From positions 1 to 64,000 of the IMG/VR virus record IMGVR_UViG_3300032020_001000: a stretch of 64,000 nucleotides of DNA; one strand, written 5' to 3'. A program made the translations under genes and the position numbers. How positions within the stretch are numbered: position 1 is the first letter of the stretch; each line of letters opens with the position of its first letter. Below the pieces are notes generated by a model. The model was not told the origin of the DNA. It ran no database searches and was given only the letters and a program-made list of their open reading frames with translations. The DNA is from a virus. This document shows, piece by piece, positions 57,812-64,000 of this stretch.

Positions 57812-58354
57812 GTGTCGCGCTGTGGGTGGATACGGGCGGTCGGCTACGAGGAGTATGAGTGCGGGATCACCGGCGTGTCTGTGGTTGCCGAGTGCGCGAA
57901 CGCGGCGCGATGCATTCCGCGCATGGCGCGCATGTACGTGCGGGGAATGCTGCCCGCTTTCGACCGACTAGATGAGGAGACGAGGGAAGCGATCATGCAG
58001 GTGGCCAAGGAGTTCGGTGGGCTTGGCGGAGCATCGGTCAAGGGGATGAGCGAGGGCGAGCTGACGGCACTCATGGAACAGGTGCGCTCCGAGCGTCAGG
58101 CGCGGGCGAGGGGCAAACGGCAACTGCCTGCCTACAACAAACGCCTCCGGCGCCTGGTCGAGCGGCGCCACCAGATCGATGAGCAGATCAAGGCGGTGCA
58201 GGCCGCGATCGTGGCTATTGAGGAGGGGAGGGGAGAGCCGGAGGCCCCGCGCCGGCGGAACCTCAGCGAGCAGGGTAGGCGCCGCATCGCCGAGGCGGCT
58301 CGCCAGCGGGCCGTTCGTCAGCGGGCTGCTCGCGAGGAGAGCAAGCCCAAGTGA
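57812..58354 (+). CDS. Hypothetical protein with a coiled coil and basic tail
   Basis: MSEGELTAL...RRRNLSEQGRRRIAEAAR. Confidence 0.55.
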   Translation: MSRCGWIRAVGYEEYECGITGVSVVAECANAARCIPRMARMYVRGMLPAFDRLDEETREAIMQVAKEFGGLGGASVKGMSEGELTALMEQVRSERQARARGKRQLPAYNKRLRRLVERRHQIDEQIKAVQAAIVAIEEGRGEPEAPRRRNLSEQGRRRIAEAARQRAVRQRAAREESKPK

Positions 58355-58756
58355 CGCTGTTCCACTCCCGCATCTATGGCGCGATGAACAAGCGCCGGCG
58401 CAAGCAGCTCGGACTGGCCAGGCATCGCCGCGAGGCGGTGTGGCGACTCATGGCCGCAGAGGAGGCTGGGCTGGCCGCAACTGCGCGCTTCCGTCTGGCA
58501 CCGTGGTGGCGTCGGGTTCTGCACCGGCTGCTGTGGCTGGCTGGGAGGCTATGGTCAGGCCGGCGATCAGCAGATCGAGCCAGGCTATCGAGAACCGCCA
58601 GAGCAGCGCCACGGCGTTCTGGGCGGTGAGGGCGGCAGTGCCGTGCCCACTGTCGATAGTTGCGGCGGCGCTTCGAAACGCCGCCATACCCTGTTGGCGC
58701 AGCGCAGCCACATCGGCATCACTGATCATGGCCAACCTCCGTGCCGATAAGATTCG

Positions 58757-61700
58757 ATGCAGGCGGGCGCGATGCCTGCACTGATCGGGCGTCGCAAGGT
58801 TGATGATTTCCGCCGCGCGTTCGGCGGGCCGCTGGATTCCCTGGCTGCCGTCTATCGCCGGGGAATGGCGGATGCGATGGAAGTCCTCAGCAATGCCGCC
58901 TCTACCCTCGCGCAGCGCCGCTATGCCCTATCCCACCTGCGTCAATACAACGTTGTGCTGAGCAATCTCCGGGATGAGACCGCGGCCTGGGCGCAACTCC
59001 ACATGCCGGCCTCATACCGCCTCGGCATGGAGTTCGCGGATGATGGCATCCGCAGCGTGCGTCGCGCCGGCATCAACCTCGGAAAGCCGCAGTATGAAGT
59101 CTTCAGCCAGGTGCATCGGCAGGCAGCCGAAAGTGCCACTACGGAGTTGCTGCGGACGACCGATTTCGCAATCGCGCAGATCGGCCGGCGGGTGGATGAT
59201 GTGTTCCGCCGGGTCGGCATGGAGGAGGTCACGAAGGGCATCGTCGAGGGGGCGACGCGGCTGGATGTCAGCAAGGCGATCAAGGAGCGATTGATTGATG
59301 AGGGCCGGCCATTCTTCCTGGACCGCGCCGGCCGCAAGTGGGACCTCGACCGCTACAGCGAGATGGTCGCCCGCACCACGACGCGCGAGGCGGCGACGAC
59401 GGGGACGATCAACCGGCTGAGCGAACACAATATCTGGCTGGCGCAGGTGTCGGCGCACAACGCGGGAGATTTCTGTCTTTACTATGAGAATGTCATCGTC
59501 TTCATCGGCGACGATCCGAATCCTACACCCTACCCACCGATCAGCGCCATCGAGGGCGGCCCGCCTTTCCACCCGCAGTGCCTCATTCGCGGCAGCCGGG
59601 TCCTGACATCGAGCGGGTGGCGGGCAATCGAGTGCATTCGGCGCGGCGACCTGGTGATGACACACCGCGGCCGTTGGCGACGAGTGACGGCGATGATGCA
59701 GCGTGAGTACGAAGGGGAACTCGTGCAACTCGGCGCGCTCCGTGTGACACCTGAGCACCCAGTATTGACTCAACACGGATGGGTGACTGCGGGCAGTTTA
59801 TCCGGTGCCGAGAAGGTGGCGATCCTGCAAGCAAGCGACGACCGCATCGGCGGTCAATTCGGGCCGCTTGCGGTAGCGAATCCGAACGACCTCATAGCCC
59901 AAGGCGCGAACAGCGGCATCGCGGGATTCACGCTTGGCAACGCGTTTCGGCTCGCGCCAGTGGTCGATCTCGATGGTCATATTGCTGCCGTGGCCAGGGA
60001 AGAAGAAGTCTGCGATGTAGCGCCCGATGGGATGCTGGAAAGAATATTCGATGCCGGCTGCGGTGAGCGCGGCACAGACCGCGGATTCGTGGGGATGCGG
60101 TTTGCGGCGATAGGAGCCAGCTCGCGTGATCGACATTTTGCGCGCGAGAGTTTCGTCGCGGCTGGGGTTACCGGGCCCGCGCATGCGACTCCGATTGCGA
60201 GTGAACGCGGGACCGTTAGGGTCAGTGATGCTGTCTCGCTTCGCCCCGCCCCTGGGGCGGGTCTGGATGCCGTAGCGGGGGAACCAGATACGCAGCAACT
60301 GTGTGGCATCGCGGCCGATCTCTACTCCCAGCTGCTTCAGCGTGGTGCCTTCGGCATATCGGCGGCGAAGAAACTGCTTCAGCGGTTCGCCCACTGCTTG
60401 TCCGAGGCGCTTTTCAGTGATGCGGCGCCGAAGCTCCTCCCGGCAACCGAAGGAGCAAGTCGGGCTGCCCAAAACCCGGTCGCGGCGGGAGACGCTCAGA
60501 GTGAAGGGCTGGTGACAAACAGGACAGCTAGTCATCGCGACCCCATTATACCATTGCCCAGACGTGCTTGCAACTACAGCGGCGTTGTCTACAACCTCTC
60601 GGTCGCGGAGGACGAGAGTTATATCGCCGAAAGGATCGTCGTCCACAACTGTGTCCATGTCCTCACCCCCTTCGTCGAGCGCCTGGCAACTGAGGCGGAG
60701 AAGCAGGCGGGCAAGATCGATGCCGACCTGCTCAACAAGTCGCCGGCGGAACTGCAGCGCCGGTTCCGCGCAGAGTTCCCCGAGCGCGCCCGGGCGGAGG
60801 GGAAACGGCTGCGGGAGCAGGCGGCGCGGGGGCGTGGGGCGATCATGCGGCGCGCAGAGAGAAGGGCACTAGCGGGGCCACCACCGATGAAGGTGCCGGC
60901 CCTCCGCGAGATGCCGGTTGGCACCGTGCTGCGGCGCACCTACAAAGGCCGCGAGTATGTCGCCGAGGTACTGCACGACGGCAGGATCATGTGTAATGGC
61001 CAAGTTTATCGGTCGCTCACCGAACTCGCGAAGAATATCACGGGCCAAACCGCGATCAGCGGACCGCGGTTCTTCGGAGTGGCCGAGCGCGGGAAGCGGG
61101 GAGTGGCCATCGCCCCCACCCCCACCCGAGCAGCCCCCGGCGAGGTTGCCGCACCACGTCCGCCGCGCCTGCCGCCGCGCGACGAGTTGCAGATGGCGAG
61201 GTACATCGCCGATGACCTTGCAACGTTGATGGACACGAAGGTAGGATGGAATGGCAAGCTCACGATAGAAAAGATACCCGACGCTGTCGGGCTGAAGCAG
61301 TGGAATTGTTCTATTGTCCTGGATCAGGCGACCCGCGAGCGTCTAACGGAACTTATGCAGTTGAATGCAGAGTCCTGGGCGCATAAGTATGAATGGCACC
61401 GGCGGCAGATAGCGGACGCATTCCAAACGCTCGTGCACGAAATGACGCATGCTGCTGGGCCACAGGGATCATGCACCCAATTCGATTTTGTAACGGCCGC
61501 GCAGCGGTGGATCGAGGAGGCGGTGACAAGCGCAGCGTCTGAGCGCATGGCGCCAGTGCTGTTCAAGCAGATCATGGGGTTTGAAGCCGGGCTAGCGCCA
61601 GAGGCTTTTGGACCCGCCTCATATGCATCCTATCAGCAGGCATTGGCGAAGGCGCTGGGCGGACCGCAATATGGCCGCACGCTGAAAGAGCCAATGCGGG

Positions 61701-62578
61701 GCATCGCCACCGACCTGCAACTCGACCTAGCTTACAAGACGCCCCGCAAGGATCGACTGTTCCGAGTGGCCACGGAAATGAGCAAGGCCGTCAAGGGACA
61801 GATGACCGCTGTGGAGATTGAGGCGGCGCTGGAGGCCGGCGCCGACCAGGCAGTGAGGGCGACGTATGCGAGCGCTCGGGCAGCCGGCGCCCGCGCCCGG
61901 GCGGCAGGCAAGGCGGCTGGCGCTCGCGCGCCGGCGATAACGAGGGCTCCAGCGGCGGCGCGGGCCCTGGAAATCGGGGTAGAACCTGGTGCCGCACGTG
62001 CTGCCCCACGAGGCGCGGCCATTATCGAGAAGCCAATCAAAGCGAAGGTGGGTGCAGTGCGGATAACTGCCAGCGCGGGGATCAGAACCGAGGGGTGGGA
62101 TGGTGTAGTCGCCATCGCCCGCGGGATACCGTCTGGCCACATGAAGGGCGTCAAGGGAATTGACCTGCTGGCAGAGGTCGGGCCATTGGCGAGGGCCGGT
62201 AAGGCGTCGGGTAACGTGGTCGGCACCTGGTACATGCAGCGGATCACGATGTATGACCTCGGTACGCGCGGCGTGGCGAAGAAAACGGGCGCGCACTTCG
62301 CGCACGAAGTGGGGCATAACTTGGCGATGCGCGCCGAACTGAAGGGATTGTTGGGGCGGGACAAAGTGGCCAGGGCATGGAACGAGCTGCATGATATCTG
62401 GAAGAAAGAGGATGGCGTGAGTCCATATGCGCGGGCCTGGTGGAAGCGGGGTAAGGGCAAAGTGTCGGAGACGATAGCCGAGATGTACCGCCTGCGCATG
62501 ACGCAGCCCGCAGCCTATAGGCGGCTGCCGGAGGCCCTGCGGAAGCCCTTTGAGGTGATCTACAATGGCCTCGCCTGA
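58757..62578 (+). CDS. MuF/minor-capsid-type head protein with an intein, a DUF2924-like domain and two HExxH domains
   Basis: DRAGRKWDLDRYSEMVARTT and PPFHPQ/CVH; LVHEMTH and FAHEVGH..VSPYA..ETIAE. Confidence 0.8.
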   Translation: MQAGAMPALIGRRKVDDFRRAFGGPLDSLAAVYRRGMADAMEVLSNAASTLAQRRYALSHLRQYNVVLSNLRDETAAWAQLHMPASYRLGMEFADDGIRSVRRAGINLGKPQYEVFSQVHRQAAESATTELLRTTDFAIAQIGRRVDDVFRRVGMEEVTKGIVEGATRLDVSKAIKERLIDEGRPFFLDRAGRKWDLDRYSEMVARTTTREAATTGTINRLSEHNIWLAQVSAHNAGDFCLYYENVIVFIGDDPNPTPYPPISAIEGGPPFHPQCLIRGSRVLTSSGWRAIECIRRGDLVMTHRGRWRRVTAMMQREYEGELVQLGALRVTPEHPVLTQHGWVTAGSLSGAEKVAILQASDDRIGGQFGPLAVANPNDLIAQGANSGIAGFTLGNAFRLAPVVDLDGHIAAVAREEEVCDVAPDGMLERIFDAGCGERGTDRGFVGMRFAAIGASSRDRHFARESFVAAGVTGPAHATPIASERGTVRVSDAVSLRPAPGAGLDAVAGEPDTQQLCGIAADLYSQLLQRGAFGISAAKKLLQRFAHCLSEALFSDAAPKLLPATEGASRAAQNPVAAGDAQSEGLVTNRTASHRDPIIPLPRRACNYSGVVYNLSVAEDESYIAERIVVHNCVHVLTPFVERLATEAEKQAGKIDADLLNKSPAELQRRFRAEFPERARAEGKRLREQAARGRGAIMRRAERRALAGPPPMKVPALREMPVGTVLRRTYKGREYVAEVLHDGRIMCNGQVYRSLTELAKNITGQTAISGPRFFGVAERGKRGVAIAPTPTRAAPGEVAAPRPPRLPPRDELQMARYIADDLATLMDTKVGWNGKLTIEKIPDAVGLKQWNCSIVLDQATRERLTELMQLNAESWAHKYEWHRRQIADAFQTLVHEMTHAAGPQGSCTQFDFVTAAQRWIEEAVTSAASERMAPVLFKQIMGFEAGLAPEAFGPASYASYQQALAKALGGPQYGRTLKEPMRGIATDLQLDLAYKTPRKDRLFRVATEMSKAVKGQMTAVEIEAALEAGADQAVRATYASARAAGARARAAGKAAGARAPAITRAPAAARALEIGVEPGAARAAPRGAAIIEKPIKAKVGAVRITASAGIRTEGWDGVVAIARGIPSGHMKGVKGIDLLAEVGPLARAGKASGNVVGTWYMQRITMYDLGTRGVAKKTGAHFAHEVGHNLAMRAELKGLLGRDKVARAWNELHDIWKKEDGVSPYARAWWKRGKGKVSETIAEMYRLRMTQPAAYRRLPEALRKPFEVIYNGLA
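59798..60535 (-). CDS. DUF559/Vsr-like endonuclease encoded antisense inside the intein (245 aa)
   Basis: CPVC..CSFGC Zn finger, HTH-like segment, then HESAV..FQHPIGRYIADF..IEID..RD..LGYEVVRI. Confidence 0.8.
   Translation of the reverse strand: MTSCPVCHQPFTLSVSRRDRVLGSPTCSFGCREELRRRITEKRLGQAVGEPLKQFLRRRYAEGTTLKQLGVEIGRDATQLLRIWFPRYGIQTRPRGGAKRDSITDPNGPAFTRNRSRMRGPGNPSRDETLARKMSITRAGSYRRKPHPHESAVCAALTAAGIEYSFQHPIGRYIADFFFPGHGSNMTIEIDHWREPKRVAKRESRDAAVRALGYEVVRIRYRKRPELTADAVVACLQDRHLLGTG
60545..60573 (-). promoter_or_regulatory. Promoter of the antisense endonuclease
   Basis: Minus strand TTGCAA-17-TATAAT with TGG extension, 9 nt before the ATG. Confidence 0.75.
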
Positions 62579-62750
62579 GACAGAGGAGATTATCGTCTAC
62601 GCGGATGATGAGGGCAACGAGGTGCCGCCGGAGAAAGCGACACTGGCGGAGCGCCGACTGTACCGGGATGGGCGGTTGGTGGAGCGCGCGCAGATCCGGA
62701 TCACCCATGTCGAGGGCAAGCCGACAAGCCGCGCGGGGACAGCGGCATGA
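62565..62750 (+). CDS. Small protein (candidate immunity protein)
   Basis: Overlaps the MuF stop; acidic N-terminus. Confidence 0.5.
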   Translation: MASPETEEIIVYADDEGNEVPPEKATLAERRLYRDGRLVERAQIRITHVEGKPTSRAGTAA

Positions 62751-62935
62751 GAGAGGAGTTCATCCACGCAGCGCACGATGCCATCACCACGGCCCTTACC
62801 CCCCAAGCCGCCCGCCGCCAACTGAAACACTACCTACGGCTGGCCAGAGACGAGGACGAGCGCACCCAGATCGAGCGGTACGAGGAGATGCTCCACATGT
62901 GGGAGACTATTCCCCGGAGGGTTCGGGGGGATTGA
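62747..62935 (+). CDS. Small hypothetical protein
   Basis: ATGA coupling. Confidence 0.5.
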   Translation: MREEFIHAAHDAITTALTPQAARRQLKHYLRLARDEDERTQIERYEEMLHMWETIPRRVRGD

Positions 62936-63093
62936 CAGCACGCCCCGCGCGGGCTATACTCGATGCAGAGTAGGAGCCGGGCCAGGACCGGCCCTGCGCC
63001 GATAACCGAATAGAGTAACCTGCCGTCATCACGCAGATTAGGCGGGCTTCCCTGAGTGCCGAGAGATCGGGATTCGGGGGAGCCCGCTTTTTT
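62932..63093 (+). promoter_or_regulatory. Promoter plus attenuator-like leader, copy 2
   Basis: TTGACA-17-TATACT; CCTGCCGTCATCACGCAGATTAGGCGG overlaps the terminator GCGGGCTTCCC/GGGGAGCCCGC-TTTTTT. Confidence 0.75.
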
Positions 63094-63122
63094 CGTGCCC
63101 GGGAGGAGAGCGGGCGCGCCCG

Positions 63123-63975
63123 ATGCCATCCGAACTGGGCGAGGTAGTGCTCCACGTGAGGGTCAGCGACCCGCATGGGTTGCTCGACGAGATCAAGCGG
63201 TTCGGGAATGCGATGGGCGCGCTGAGCAAGGCGCTCAACGCCGGCTGCCGCCAGCAACAGGCGGTTGCCCGGGTGGAGCGCGCGCTCGAATCACTGGCCG
63301 CCAAAGTGCAGACGGCCCTCGGCGCCGAGCAGCGCGCCGCCGACTCCGGGTGCCCCGGAAGGTGTGCCGGCATCGCTGCGAACTGAGGCAGAGACATGGC
63401 AGTCGTAGTGACCAAGTTGGATGGCCTGATGATCGCCAAGGATGCGCGGACCCGCAGGTTTGGGGTGGTGGCCCCACCGCCCAGTTGCTTCACCAAGGGA
63501 TTCAGCATCCTCGAGTTCGATGCCAACGGCGAGGTCGGAGTGATTGGCTGGGCGAGCACGCAGGTAGAGGCGCGGGCATTCGTGCAGGGTTTTGACCACG
63601 GAGTGCGGCGCGCCGATGAGACGAGGGACGCCGATGCTCCTGATCGACAATGAGCGGGTCAGTGATCTCCCCTGGCATGATGATCGCGCGGCGGATATGA
63701 GCGAGGCGCTGGACGGCGCCGATGCGGGCGTGATGGCCGAGGCATATGCCTACGTAGGGGCAGATGGGAATCCCGTGGGCCTCCACCACGAGGTGCGCGA
63801 CGATGTGCTGATTATCAACCGCCAGGGCGTGTGGCGAGCGGTGGGGGGCATAGATTTCCCCTCCGCCCCCGATGGGACGCCAGCACCGGAGATCCCGCTT
63901 GCGCTGAGATGCGAAGCACGAGACCACCTGCGGCAGCATATGCGGACAATGGACAACGTGCCAATCGGCGAGTGA
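63123..63975 (+). CDS. Three small hypothetical genes (63123-63386, 63396-63653, 63634-63975)
   Basis: Co-directional ORFs with RBSs after the leader. Confidence 0.55.
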
Positions 63976-64000
63976 TCCCATGCCTGTGCGCAAAGTGGCT

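Larger units (their letters stand above)
59579..60649 (+). mobile_element. Intein (357 aa) in the MuF protein
   Basis: C1 CLIRGSRVLT, block B VTPEHPV, block F VYNLSV and terminal VVHN followed by Cys+1. Confidence 0.9.
1..64000 (+). mobile_element. Temperate tailed-phage genome segment, apparently in the excised or circularly permuted state
   Basis: Lysis, integrase plus attP, replication, terminase, portal and head genes are present; gene packing is dense and co-directional; phage genes lie on both sides of the att core. Confidence 0.9.

Overview
The window is a high-GC temperate phage genome segment, almost all on the + strand. It runs through the end of a lysis module (holin-like gene, amidase), early/accessory operons (amidoligase plus GATase, SNF2 helicase) and a tyrosine integrase next to an intact attP-like tRNA-Pro 3' fragment. 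It continues with SbcCD-like recombination genes, a replication initiator plus DnaC-like loader, and many ParB, methyltransferase and other accessory genes. It ends with terS, terL, portal and a large intein-containing MuF-type head protein. Four things stand out. (1) A stand-alone RAMP/Cas7-like gene and a partner gene are followed by a non-coding array of four ~70-nt units built from NN-GGY pentamers (40395-40668), a candidate non-CRISPR RNA-guided system. (2) A 451-aa TnpB/Cas12f-like RuvC nuclease ends inside a 36+30-nt mini CRISPR array, and a second, nuclease-less copy of the scaffold plus array lies 15 kb upstream with base-pair-preserving substitutions. (3) A DUF559/Vsr-like endonuclease gene with its own promoter sits on the antisense strand inside the intein. 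(4) Several structured intergenic elements are duplicated, including a terminator/antiterminator switch ahead of late genes. All family calls come from reading motifs by eye; no searches were run, and the host cannot be determined.
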